Of a DNA stretch of 64,000 nt, positions 14,905 through 28,619 are shown in pieces; position 1 is the stretch's first letter, and every line of letters starts with the position of its first letter. The position numbers were made by a program, and so were the translations under genes. The stretch is from Owenia fusiformis (lineage: Eukaryota). The DNA is taken from the NCBI GenBank assembly GCA_903813345.2, contig CAIIXF020000001.1:37386001-37450000 (forward strand), in the 5' to 3' direction. The notes beneath the pieces were generated by a model that made no database searches, was not told the DNA's origin, and saw only the letters and a program-made list of their open reading frames with translations.

Positions 14905-14975
14905 CACTGCCCTCCAGAAGCTTGGCAATTTATTCCCCTTTAGACGTGTTAAAGTCTCTCTTTTGGAGGGGAGTG
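14905..14975. mobile_element. 71-bp Tc1/mariner-like MITE relic (hairpin) in the putative Mnx 3'UTR
   Basis: TA|CACTGCCCTCCAGAAG ... CTTTTGGAGGGGAGTG|TA: 16-bp imperfect inverted repeat with TA on both flanks. Confidence 0.55.
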
Positions 14976-16083
14976 TATACATTCTTACAATGTTAAATGT
15001 AATGATTAAAGCGATTTTTAGTCAATAATTACTGTCAAATATAGCATTAGTCTAGATGTGATTTATGTATTTGTAATTAATAATTGACAAAGTACAAATA
15101 ATACGAATACTAGTATTGCAAGCAAACAATCACTTTATATTTATCAGGGGTTTCCACACTAGCGGAATAAGGGAGGGGGTGGAGAGACCATCCATCTGAT
15201 GTACCTTTCGAATATGTATGCATGTAACGTGTACAAAAACACTTCATTGATTCACATGCGCTATCATAATTTTTTTTCTTTTTATCATTTTAATAGTGTT
15301 TTACAATCATACATTTAAAGCATTTTAATACGACATTTCGTTATTGAAATTACAATCGTCATATCTGATTTAAATTTCAACAACGTTGTGCGTTCCCCAT
15401 ACTTGTTATGTAATTCTTCCAATTATAATATTACTCAATCTCATAAATAACATAATATAAAGCAATGACCAGATCAATATGAATATGACAGTATGACTAT
15501 AACATACAAACTATTCACTTTTGATTTATATGATTAAATTGAGGACACGATTAACTGAGGAACATTCGAAACAGATATATAATCATTGTATGACATATAT
15601 TGGCATGTTTGAAAATAATAGATTTAGTAAAAACTGAGAACAATATGTATGATTTATAAGAATATTTGACGAAGTATTATTCACATACTCACTGTGGTAG
15701 AGATGTCGTGTTTTTTGTCTTTATTTTAATTGTCCGTTTTTTGTTCTATAACTCACACAGCCAGTGCCATTGACGAGGGGCAAGTATCCAGGGGGGGGGG
15801 GGGAGTTATTACTTCTTCATTTATTCCTTTCCAATCTATTCATATTCAGGTTGTTTATAGGCATATATGTTAATTATAATAGTGTACGGACACATACTTC
15901 ATAGTGTGCACGTGGCATCGCCAATCAAACATATACCACAATGCAAGGTAACATTTGCACATCTAGTTCAATCATTTTATATTGTTTTATATTGCTAACA
16001 ACATAAATATTATTGCAAACAATACAATATACTTGATAAATATGATAGTTGACAAGAATATGTAAATGATGTATTTATTTGTA

Positions 16084-16089
16084 AATAAA
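16084..16089 (+). promoter_or_regulatory. Candidate Mnx polyadenylation signal
   Basis: AATAAA preceded by TGTA and ATTTA-rich sequence (tgtaaatgatgtatttatttgtaaataaaa). No transcript evidence. Confidence 0.35.
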
Positions 16090-19000
16090 ATGCATAAATG
16101 AAAACTGAATTCCCAACTTTTGTTCATGAGTGTAATCGAACTTGCTAATGTGTATTTGCTAATTAATGTACACCTTGCACATGTCGTCTTTCACAGGTAT
16201 ATGATGACCCAATATTAATAAAATTTTGAAGGACTTTTTGTTCGAAAATCTATGAATTTGTTTCAATGAAAAATTTAGTTGTCACGCACATATTATATAA
16301 AATGTATATTCGGAATATGACCTGGGCCTAAACCTAAAAATAAAACGACATTTCGACTGGAGTCATGGCTTATTTTGATGCACAATACGTATGTCAATGG
16401 AAAGCAATGGCGTTTTAAATACAAAAAATACCACTACGGTGCAATGGAAATGCTAATGAATCTCATTTCAGATCACGCTGCCTGCTCACATAAAGATCAT
16501 GAAAATATGGATTTATAACTGATTGAACATTTGATTTAGTATCGTCGAAATTGAAGCAGATTTATCAGTTCAATGAGTTCTATTGGTTGTTATTGTTGTC
16601 ATTAATTTTTATAAAAATCAGAAAGAACAATTTTCATCAAATAATCAACCAATCATCAACATTTGAGTAAAAATTAAAAATGACACGAGTTATAGCATAT
16701 ATAAAGGAATGAATTGACAATACATAATGTTGTGAATTAGTGAATAGAAAGCATATTTATTTAGGGAGCTAAGAATGGAGATTTTAGTCACTTTCTTTTC
16801 TCTAAAATGTTAGAGTAAATACGTCCCCAGAAAAAAATAAATGACATAATAGTCACATCAATTTATATATCATCTAATAATAACATAAGGGAGGTTAAGT
16901 AAGCACTGGTTTAAACAACGTGTGGCCATAAAATTACACGTTTGCGTTCAAGTTCTCCCAAATGCGTGTAACCTAACCCCTCTGTCTATTATAAGATTTA
17001 ATATCGACATTCTTTGTTTTTATAACAGTAGTACGTTAAATGATAATCACATTCTTCCAATAGCATTTCAGAAGCTATCAAATGATAGAATTGTTGTTCC
17101 ACTGAAATGATGGACTTGATATATCCCCCTAATGAAATGATGTATTTATAAATGTATCTATCATTACGTCCTCTCCGTGTATTTAAAAAACTGACCAGAC
17201 GACTTCCCCTTTGCTTGATATAAAATTGCCCTATTAGACTACAAATCCTAAAGCATATAGAGATAAGTCAATTTACCCGACTGTTATTGAACATTGTGAT
17301 ATCAGGTTGCACGTTAAATACAATTACTGTGTGTTTAAATAGGAATCTATTCATTACGTTAATAGAAGCCGATATCAATTGATACTGAAAATTAATTAGA
17401 AAGCAATGCAATTGTAACAGGATTACAATTATCAAATAGTAAGCAAAAGAGATAGTAACGTTGACATTTGTAGGTTTCCCAGGGTATTTAAAGAGATAAA
17501 CCATGAATGATCACACACTAGTGAAGGCGTGTAGTGGTTAGTGGCTACTTGTTATACTTTTGCTAGTTAAAGTAGTTGGTGACTTATTTCCAAATTATTA
17601 ATTTATCCAAATACTATATACGTTAACATTAACAAATGTATTTTGTGCCATTTATCAAATCATATGTTTTGTGCATAGCTTATAGAACGTAAATACCCTA
17701 TAGTATACAAATCAACACTTTTCTCAGATGTGACATTAACAATGTTTTCATTTATAAAATAATTTATGCTAATATCATACAAGTTTGTCCAACAGATAGC
17801 AATGTGATCTTACTGATTCAGTAATATGAATCAAATCAAAGCGAGCTAAACATTGAAGCAGTAAAGCACATAAATATTCAATATTGTTCACTGAAGGATG
17901 CAAGAGTAAGTCATAAAGCAAAGCCTTATGTAGTCAATCCCTAACAGATCTAATCCTACCCACTGATCAAATTTTTAATTAAGAGAAAAAACGTCAAATC
18001 ACTAAGGACACCAACTTCATTATTCAAACATTATTCGCCTCCTTGTAGAGTAGTTATGATCCTAGATTATGACGGGTGATATTTTGAAACATTGCTTTTT
18101 GATAAGTATGAAAGAGTTGATTAAAACTAATGAGGCGTGTCGACGTGGATTAAAAAAAGATGTAGAAAATTGATTAAACAAGAAGTTTCGACATTTGCCA
18201 ATCCATATAGTTGACACAACATTGTTGCATTCATATAATGATCATCTTTCTCGAAAAGATGGTATGAATCAGCGTTCACATTAACTTAATAGCTACAATC
18301 AATTTACAGTAAGAATACCATAGGACGCAACATCATAACTGATAACAGGGTACGATATATCGATATAAAGGTTGTAATGAATGAAAGTAATCTAAATCAG
18401 CAGTTTTTCCATGCTTAAAAATAACACGGTAACCGCCCATCATCTAACTAGTATCAATGTGTGTCCGAAACCTCAGCCTACGTGTAACAAATGACACCTC
18501 GTTGATGGCAAACAACTCATTGTCTCCCGGCCCTGTGAGAAAACATACAGGGTCAATATATGTAGAGGAAGAAGAAAACATTTACATAAAATCATGCGTG
18601 ATCATTCAATTGAGATTTGGACAATAGTGATCCATTAAATCTCAATTACAATTTCAAGCACTCAATTACACAATCAATAAAATAATACAGAACATAACAA
18701 TAAAACAGGTCAACTAAATTAGATGTAATACAGCCAAACAATGAATAAAATAAAGAAAAAACAGAAACAAGTCGGTTTGAGCCCAGTTGAACATACAATC
18801 CAGGAACTAAAAAAAATAGTTTCAAATACATCACGATATGAAAAGGTGCAATATCTGGTCATCGCATGCTATACTTTTCACATTGCCCTATTATTTATAG
18901 ATTTCAATGATATAATTGTAAATTTCTATGATAATTATAAATATATATTAATTGGCAACTAATGTATGATGCCCCATTCAGGATATCTACTTTCGTGAGT

Positions 19001-19514
19001 TTCAATGTTTAATAAGTCTGCACAATACATAAGCCCATCGATAATAGGACAAACAATACCATAACCTATTGCAAAAAGGTGCGATTCAACAAAGTCTGAA
19101 AGTTTGTTATAATTTTACATTTTTTTACTCTGAACATTTCATGTCACCCCCTTTCAATCCAATATACACCGCATGTGGATCATTAGGTTATGGTTGGCAT
19201 AATGAAGGACTTTCTTGTTTGCAGCATTTACATTTTTGTAATTTTCACATTGCTGATGTATGAAAGGAGGAAAGGGAAGTCAAGCGGACATGCAAACATT
19301 AACATTTAAATCAATGATCCAATGGAAATGTCATCAGTTATAATATAACGACATTTTAATATCATTGATGGAAGATCTCCTGGTTTTGTTTTAGGATTTA
19401 ATCACTGGACTCATTTTGCAATGTGAAGTGACAAAAGTTTGTACGATTGTTGCGCAGTGTCGAGTGTTAATTTTAGGAAATAATGCGTGGAGGGAATGGC
19501 CATTCCATGCTTAA

Positions 19515-22397
19515 ATCACATCCTTGACTCTGACAAGGCTAGCTAAAAGAGTGAACACAAAAATGCAATCACATCACATCATTGGCTCTGATAAGACTAG
19601 CTAACAGAGTGAACACAAAAATGCAACCCCATCCTTGACTCTGATAAGGCGAGCTAATAAAATGAACACAAAATGCAATCACATCCTTGACTCTGATAAG
19701 GCTAGCTAATAAAATGAACACAAAATGCAATCGCATCCTTGGCTCTGATAAGGCGAGCTAATAAAATGAACACAAAATGCAATCACATCCTTGACTATGA
19801 TAAGGTGAGCTAATAAAATGAACACAAAATGCAATCGCATCCTTGGCTCTGATAAGGCGAGCTAATAAAATGAACACAAAATGCAATCGCATCCTTGGCT
19901 CTGATAAGGCGAGCTAATAAAATGAACACAAAATGCAATCACATCCTTGACTCTGATAAGGCTAGCTAACAGAGTGAACACAAAAATGCAACCCCATCCT
20001 TGACTCTGATAAGGCTAGCTAATAAAATGAACACAAAATGCAATCGCATCCTTGGCTCTGATAAGGCGAGCTTATAAAATGAACACAAAATGCAATCACA
20101 TCCTTGGCTCTGATAAGGCGAGCTAATAAAATGAACACAAAATGCAATCACATCCTTGATTCTGATAAGGCTAGCTAACAGAGTGAACACAAAATGTAAT
20201 CACATCCTTGGATCTAATAAGGCTAGCTAACAGAGTGAACACAAAAATGCAATCACATCCTTGACTCTGACAAGGCTAGCTAACAGTGAACACAAAAATG
20301 CAATCGCATCCTTGACTCTGATAAGGCGAGCTAACAGAGTGAACACAAAAATGCAACCCCATCCTTGACTCTGATAAGGCGAGCTAATAAAATGAACACA
20401 AAATGCAATCACATATCCTTGACTCTGATAAGGCTAGCTAACAGAGTGAACACAAAAATGCAACCCCATCCTTGACTCTGATAAGGCGAGCTAATAAAAT
20501 GAACACAAAATGCAATCACATCCTTGACTCTGATAAGGCTAGCGAACAGAGTGAACACAAAAATGCAACCCCATCCTTGACTCTGATAAGGCGAGCTAAT
20601 AAAATGAACACAAAATGCAATCACATCCTTGACTCTGATAAGGCTAGCTAACAGAGTGAACACAAAATGCAATCACATCCTTGACTCTGATAAGGCGAGC
20701 TAACAGAATGAACACAGAATGCAATCACATCCTTGACTCTGACAAGGCTAGCTAACAGTGAACACAAAAATGCAATCACATCCTTGACTCTGATAAGGCG
20801 AGCTAATAAAATGAACACAAAATGCAATCGCATCCTCGGCTCTGATAAGGCGAGCTAATAAAATGAACACAAAATGCAATCACATCCTTGACTATGATAA
20901 GGTGAGCTAATAAAATGAACACAAAATGCAATCGCATCCTTGGCTCTGATAAGGCGAGCTAATAAAATGAACACAAAATGCAATCACATCCTTGGCTCTG
21001 ATAAGGCGAGCTAATAAAATGAACACAAAATGCAATCACATCCTTGACTCTGATAAGGCTAGCTAACAGAGTGAACACAAAAATGCAACCCCATCCTTGA
21101 CTCTGATAAGGCTAGCTAATAAAATGAACACAAAATGCAATCGCATCCTTGGCTCTGATAAGGCGAGCTTATAAAATGAACACAAAATGCAATCACATCC
21201 TTGGCTCTGATAAGGCGAGCTAATAAAATGAACACAAAATGCAATCACATCCTTGATTCTGATAAGGCTAGCTAACAGAGTGAACACAAAATGTAATCAC
21301 ATCCTTGGATCTAATAAGGCTAGCTAACAGAGTGAACACAAAAATGCAATCACATCCTTGACTCTGACAAGGCTAGCTAACAGTGAACACAAAAATGCAA
21401 TCACATCCTTGACTCTGATAAGGCTAGCTAAAAGAGTGAACACAAAAATGCAATCACATCACATCATTGGCTCTGATAAGACTAGCTAACAGAGTGAACA
21501 CAAAAATGCAACCCCATCCTTGACTCTGATAAGGCGAGCTAATAAAATGAACACAAAATGCAATCACATCCTTGACTCTGACAAGGCTAGCTAACAGTGA
21601 ACACAAAAATGCAATCGCATCCTTGACTCTGATAAGGCGAGCTAACAGAGTGAACACAAAAATGCAACCCCATCCTTGACTCTGATAAGGCGAGCTAATA
21701 AAATGAACACAAAATGCAATCACATATCCTTGACTCTGATAAGGCTAGCTAACAGAGTGAACACAAAAATGCAACCCCATCCTTGACTCTGATAAGGCGA
21801 GCTAATAAAATGAACACAAAATGCAATCACATCCTTGACTCTGATAAGGCTAGCGAACAGAGTGAACACAAAAATGCAACCCCATCCTTGACTCTGATAA
21901 GGCGAGCTAATAAAATGAACACAAAATGCAATCACATCCTTGACTCTGATAAGGCTAGCTAACAGAGTGAACACAAAATGCAATCACATCCTTGACTCTG
22001 ATAAGGCGAGCTAACAGAATGAACACAGAATGCAATCACATCCTTGACTCTGACAAGGCTAGCTAACAGTGAACACAAAAATGCAATCACATCCTTGACT
22101 CTGATAAGGCGAGCTAACAGAGTGAACACAAAAATGCAACCCCATCATTGACTCTGATAAGGCGAGCTAATAAAATGAACACAAAATGCAATCACATCAT
22201 TGACTCTGATAAGGCTAGCTAACAGAGTGAACACAAAAATGCAACCCCATCCTTGACTCTGATAAGGCGAGCTAATAAAATGAACACAAAATGCAATCAC
22301 ATCCTTGACTCTGATAAGGCTAGCTAACAGAGTGAACACAAACATGCAACCCCATCTTTGACTCTGATAAGGCTAGCGAATAGGATGAACACAAAAA
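19515..22397. repeat. ~52-bp satellite array, about 55 copies
   Basis: Unit approximately AATGAACACAAAATGCAATCACATCCTTGACTCTGATAAGGC(T/G)AGCTAA(TAA/CAG); 51-55-bp variants; duplicated multi-unit blocks. Confidence 0.98.
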
Positions 22398-25300
22398 GAT
22401 ACACCTTTGATTAGATTGATGAGTATCATAACCAAGGCTATTTATTGCAGGATTGTGAATTCAAATATGGTTAAAACATCACTTGAATCCTAATCCTAAT
22501 AAAGAAAAAACAATGAATGCAGCGTCTCTAAGCCAGCAGAGACAAGATCTCATTTGAAAGCTCAAACTGGGATTTGGTCAATCTAATACCACGATTACAT
22601 CGACTATTCATTTGATGATGGTTTGGCAGATTAATTAAGGCTAGATCGAAAAGTCAAAGCAACGGATGATTAGCAGCGAATATTATTCATTCAGGCAGCG
22701 ATTAGGGAAATGTTACTCCCCCGAGATCCTTTTTCTCGACAAATTTTCTTTATATATAACCGCTTTAAGTCAACCGCGATGAGAAATACAAGGAAAGAAA
22801 ATTAAATTTACAAAAAATGTCCACTAATATGCGATATATTAAAACAATAATACTTGGATCGATCATAAATTGGGAGATTCCCTCGACAGTTAAGATTCTT
22901 AGTTGATCTAGAAGATGACATAGTATAAGAATCTATTAACTCTAACATTTCCCTTATTTGTAATAATGTTTTCCAAATGTTTCCTTATGAAAACGCACGA
23001 AAATCAAAAAAATCTGGATAAAGGAAAAAACACACGACAACTCCTATAATTATATTTTAAGAGAGGAAATTATTTTCCGCGGTACATTATGGTTGTTTCT
23101 TCCAGCAATGAATTTGAAATATTTACGAAACGTGCATTGATTACTTAATGACATCCGGTAATATTTTCGTTCGTTACTGTTCTGGAACCTACAATTCGTA
23201 CTCAGAAGGGACAAGGTATTGAATTTCAAAAACAACAAAAACAGATAATAACAATACGAAAAAATATAAACCATGAAATAATTCATAAAACTTAGGTTAA
23301 GTATTGTATAATTTTGATCCAATACTAAATACATTTGTATTTTCCCATTTTCTCTGTTGTTTTTCTAGTTTCTTATTACTATTCAAAATATCCTATTGAA
23401 ATATACCCCTAAACAAAGAAGTGATAATTTTGGCTACATGTGGCCTTTATTGTCTATGGGACCTCTCTCAGCTGACAACAAACAGAAGGGTGAAATACAG
23501 AACATTTGTTGGTTGATCGTGATTGTCAAATAAACTGACTCTTAAGTATGGCCCTTAATAACAATAAATCGGGATCAGTGTTGACAGTGGATGGCTTATC
23601 TTTACTATAAGAACCTAAATGAACGTTTAATAAGTTTTTGAACAGGTACTCGCACTTGAAAAGTGACAAACATTCAAATCATCACGTTTAGTAGTGAAAA
23701 ATGGCTGTAAATCCTTAACTAACGAGTAATTATAACCATATTACAGCTTTAGAATTTACATTCAACGAGCTATATATGCCTTTTATTGGGTTTTGAAACC
23801 ATTTAAAAAAGGTGAAGCAGATATTTTTTGTTGACTGACGATAACCCAGGTGTTCTACAGGCAATACTTTTCACACATACAAAATAGGCATTTCAGATTA
23901 GACCTATTTTAGTACTCTTTTGAAAAGTATAGCAGCCATGGCATATATTTCATATTAGGATATTTAAAAATGTACATACTTTTTATATAATGTATCTCTT
24001 CGTGCGCATGATATCCATTCTTTATTCATTCTTATTGTATATAAAACTTTATAATAAAAAAAAGAACAAGATGAAACATCTATGATGCATGATTTACGAA
24101 CGTGCGCTCATTTTCATGACTTACATACTACTACATACATGTACAGTAGACTATACCTTTTCCAAGAGTTGGAAAGAGAGCCTCTGGAGCTCAGAGATTG
24201 CGGGCGCATGTTCAATAGATTGATAGATCTCCCATAGTTACATAACAATCTGACAATGGTGGGGTAGATGTACAACTAAGGCCATGGGATAGTATTAGAT
24301 CAAAATTGTCTGAACATTCACGTGATATATTGAAGAATTATTCAGTCTGTTCGACTAATACATCGCCAGTGACACCTTACCCATTTAGGAAAAATCAACT
24401 TGGATAAAAATTGTACCAATCAGGGATATATCTAGTGGGTGTCACAAAAGTTGATGATTCCTCTAATTTGTACAGATCGATCAAACTTGATCTTTGTCAC
24501 TTTTGAAAATTACCATGTTTGTCCCCTAATAAATTATCCAAGGGTCTATTGTCTTGGATTATGATTTTTGAAATATAGTTTGCAAATCATACAGCCTCTA
24601 ACATCTAATGTTCTCAATCAACTTTTTAAGGCTATTGTTGGTTTTCAATACATGCGACTTGGTGGAACGTATGCTTTGAAGGCTATATGTTGGATGTTGT
24701 TTACTGTTAACCAGTTCATTGGTAATATGTGGGCATATAATGTATTGTTTTGATTTATTACAATATAATGAGCACGATTTAATAATTAAAAGGTGAAAAT
24801 AATTATTGGGTTAATCGGAATTACATTTGTCAAATACTGGAGTCAATCACCCATACAAAGCCTCACTGAGTCTGTTTGATTTATTTAAAGTATGACAATC
24901 CTTGAAGGACATAGAGAAAATACATGTAAAGTACATTTTTCTGCATCATTTTGAAAATAATGACTTCTTAAAAGGAAGTGCATTTTACAATACTATTCGA
25001 GTCTACAGAATGGCTAGGCATATACAGCTGTGAAACAGGAAGAAAATTGTTTGGAAAGCTAGTCTCATTTAGCATTCTCCTGTTGAAGCCCAATTGATAC
25101 AACGCCTATAATAGGCCTATCAGAACTTCCTAATAATACAATCACAATTGAAAGGTTCCCAATTTGTAAAACAATGAACATTTCATTAGCGAGTGAGTTT
25201 CCCAACATTTGGTATGAAGAACAAAGATAGATGGACTATATAGCGAGATTAATGCCCGCTATTTGTCATTGGAATTGGCGCTCATCAATGCTGCTAATCA

Positions 25301-26337
25301 ACAGTGTCATTTTGGACCAAAGAGGCAATCAACTGTTCAATCTTTTCACAATAAATCCAAGGGACCTCTCATTTTTTAGGATGTATTGTGTGTTCCTAAA
25401 TTATAGGTCGTTATTCAAAATTGTTGAGCTGTAAAGGCCAATCGCACTGAATAAAATATAATACATCAGTCCAAGATGTACATTAAGCTAGGACTGGAGT
25501 GAAGTAAAGGCTCTTAAGGTTGGTTCTAGTGTGACAACTTTTTAACCTCTTCATAACTAACCAAAATCAGACTTCAATTACTGTATTTATGTACGAAATA
25601 TTAACCAAAAAATAAAAGGTAAAAGAGACAAATTAAATATTTTTAAAGCATTTTTCATTTAGTTCTTTTTCTAATTTGATATATTAACACGATTCAATAT
25701 TCAAAAATTAATTATTTTTGCTGCCCTTTCTAAAAAATTCGATTCCTGACTATTTAAATAATTTGGATGGGAGAATTTTGAAATCCCCTAACTTCTATGA
25801 CCTTGGTAAGCCTGTCAGTAGCTTATACAAGGGCTAAGAAATTATTTATATTACTCAAAACTAAAATCTCAATATGTTGATCAAATAAAAAAAATATTGA
25901 ATACTGTAAACTGAAAACTCTAGATGGGATTAATATTTGCCAAACTTTTCTCAAGGACTTCAGAAATATCCGTCGTAAAGAAAATGTTTTGATGAAATTA
26001 TGACGAACATGGATAGTATCGGTAACTTACCCCAAACAACCCTTTAGTATGATTAATGGAAATATCAAGTCATGTATGACTAATATATAAGCTATATGAA
26101 TATTTATAGAAAATAACAATGGCAAAACTACAGTTTTCAATTATCTATGTCTAATTAATTGTCAATATACGATAGCAGACATGTTATATGTTACAGATAC
26201 CAACCAGAAACAATAAGCCTGTATAACCTAGACGTAATTGTTTTTCATTTTGATAAGATGTAATATTGTTGTTTCTAAAACAATGTATCAAAACAAAAAT
26301 GACAAACATGAAGTGACAACTCTAGATATAATACTAA

Positions 26338-26494
26338 TGACTCGGCCACATTTGATGTACGGCAACCGTACGGCGGAGCGGTCGTAGCTTCCCAAAATCC
26401 AGAGAAATATGCAGCAATGCGATGTAGATTTTCTATCGATTTTATGAAGCTACGGCCGACGTACGCCCGCCGCAGAGCGCATGTGACTGAGGCT
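26338..26494. mobile_element. Palindromic MITE, PIF/Harbinger-like, degenerate
   Basis: Left arm gactcggccacat...cggtcgtagcttcccaaaatc pairs with right arm gattttatgaagctacggccg...atgtgactgaggc; TAA on both flanks; GC-rich relative to surroundings. Confidence 0.55.
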
Positions 26495-28126
26495 TAAGAA
26501 AGCACAAAGGGCGATATTTGAAGTTAAAATACAGAAACACAACACAAACGCATTCAAACAATGATCATCGAACAAATATATATATATATATATACACTAC
26601 CTGAATTCAGTTACCCTTGGTCAGAGCCGAGTGCACTAGATGTGGTTGAAGCTCTCTTTTAAAGAAGAAACCCATTGGAAGGGGCACTCATCAGTCAACC
26701 TTCACCTTTGACAAGACATTTTATTACATGTATTAATAGCAATAAACAACCAGATCTTAATCTATCATCTATACAAATGACATGAATGAGCCAACAAACG
26801 TTTAGCCAAACCTTTGACCAAACGTTTTTAGCCGCATCAGTTCTTCGACTGGATTGCAATGCATTGTTGTAGATAAGCTTCTACTTTAGCCTCAAAAACA
26901 ACTCATCAGTCAGGGATTTAATTTTTTAAACAGGAAACATACTTTTTGATAAAATAAATACCATCATCATTATAATCATGACCGCCTACATTGTAATATG
27001 GCAACAATACAGTATTCACAGATGTTTTTAAAATGTATAAGAAGGATATAACGATTCTATATTTTTAAATTAAGTATATCAACGATTGTTAAAGTGATCA
27101 ATGTTATAATGGGGCAGCAGAAGCGATAAACAATCAGTCATAACTATTGCTATTTGCTTATTGCTTTAGTGCATGCTTTAGCAATAGTTAGGTCTTGAAA
27201 GTGGTTCAGAGGGATGGTATATTCATTGCGGTTTCCTGGCAATTCTTGACACACACGTAACACCCAGAACTGATCTCTGTCAATCTATTTATTTATGTCA
27301 AAATACCAACTTTGGAATTTCCTCATAATAAAATCATCCATCAATTTCACAATTTCTTGTATTTATTTAAAATTTGTTAAACGGACGTTGCGGATATTGA
27401 CAATAGTTATGAAATATTGTATTGAAATTAAGATTACCTTATTATGAAAAATCTAATATAAAAACAACTATGAGATATAAATAATAATACTGTAGCTTAG
27501 ACACCAGTTTATTACATCACTGGATCATTTATGCATGACGTAATTGTTTGAAAAATGTTACACTGAAAAGAGATTCAGAATACCGACTGAATATATACCA
27601 GACACAGTGAGCGTGGGACCTCATTTAACTCCATTGAGCAAAATTAACAAGGTTCGTGAGACTCGATGGGGCAATTGGGCTTTTGCCCCATTGGTGTATG
27701 TTGGGCTTTAGAAATTAATACACCGGTAAATATCAATTGAGGTTAATCAAAATAGAATTTTATTAATTTTCAAGTTCACCTAAAATTATAACATGTAAAT
27801 AAATATGTACATAAAAGTTTTAAAAAAGTATATCATGAGAAATCACTAGTTGAAAAACAGAAAGATGTATATCAGAATGAACGTTACGAGATTTATTGCC
27901 AGTAATATTAAAGTTTATATTTTTTATTGTACTTAAGTCTTCTTGACATTTCCGACTGGTAGAATCAATAAGGCAAATAATGTAACTTGTACTAATTAGA
28001 AAGCCATCGTTTGACATATATACTATATCTAGTACTTCATTATATCATACTTCAAACATAATATTAATCCCACAGATAGAAATAATGTAATTTATACAAT
28101 CATACTATTACATACCGGTGAATAGC

Positions 28127-28619
28127 ACAAGGGAATGTAACTCATATTGAATAATCCCTCTCCCAAACATCGTCCTCGTATTGGAATAGCATTCGCCTGG
28201 TCGTCCCCCAGTCCCCGTATTTTATTCCTAAACATTTTTTACTCATAAAATACTTTCCTTTTTCCCCAAAAAATCTTCACTTTATAAAAGGGTTTTATTT
28301 TTCTTGACAAAAACCCTTTATCTCAAGTTTCATTGTTTGAAAAGTGTTCACTTTTCATTTTTTCCAAAAAAACATTTAAAACGAAAACTTAGCAAACGAC
28401 AGAGAAATCATATCAAAGTTGGTATTTAGAGAAGACGTAATAATTGGAAAGCTGAGACTTATACTGACACTTCTCAACATCAACATATATTACCCAAGAA
28501 AATGGATTTAAACAACAGTTACATGGAGTTTTTATTGGTCAAAAAATTGTTGATAGATGGACAAACAGAAGGACAGGCAGTGGGTGGGCGATTCCATAGG
28601 CTCACCCTGTGAGCAAAAA
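28127..28619 (-). mobile_element. Degenerate Helentron/DINE-1-like non-autonomous element
   Basis: Begins acaag..., ends in a GGAC/AGAC-like microsatellite remnant, then ccataggctcaccctgtgagcaaaaa (short hairpin before an A-run). Weak similarity only. Confidence 0.3.

Noticed and set aside
14858..15770. miR-96 (GTGCCAAA) and miR-183 (GTGCCAT) seed matches in the putative Mnx 3'UTR
   Set aside because: Short matches chosen post hoc, UTR extent unknown, and no conservation data.
15776..15803. G13 run as a G-quadruplex
   Set aside because: A simple homopolymer, with similar runs at ~29030 and ~41250; no evidence of function.
19515..22397. CRISPR-like array or repeated membrane-peptide ORFs
   Set aside because: No unique spacers and a eukaryotic context; the ORFs are translations of the satellite.
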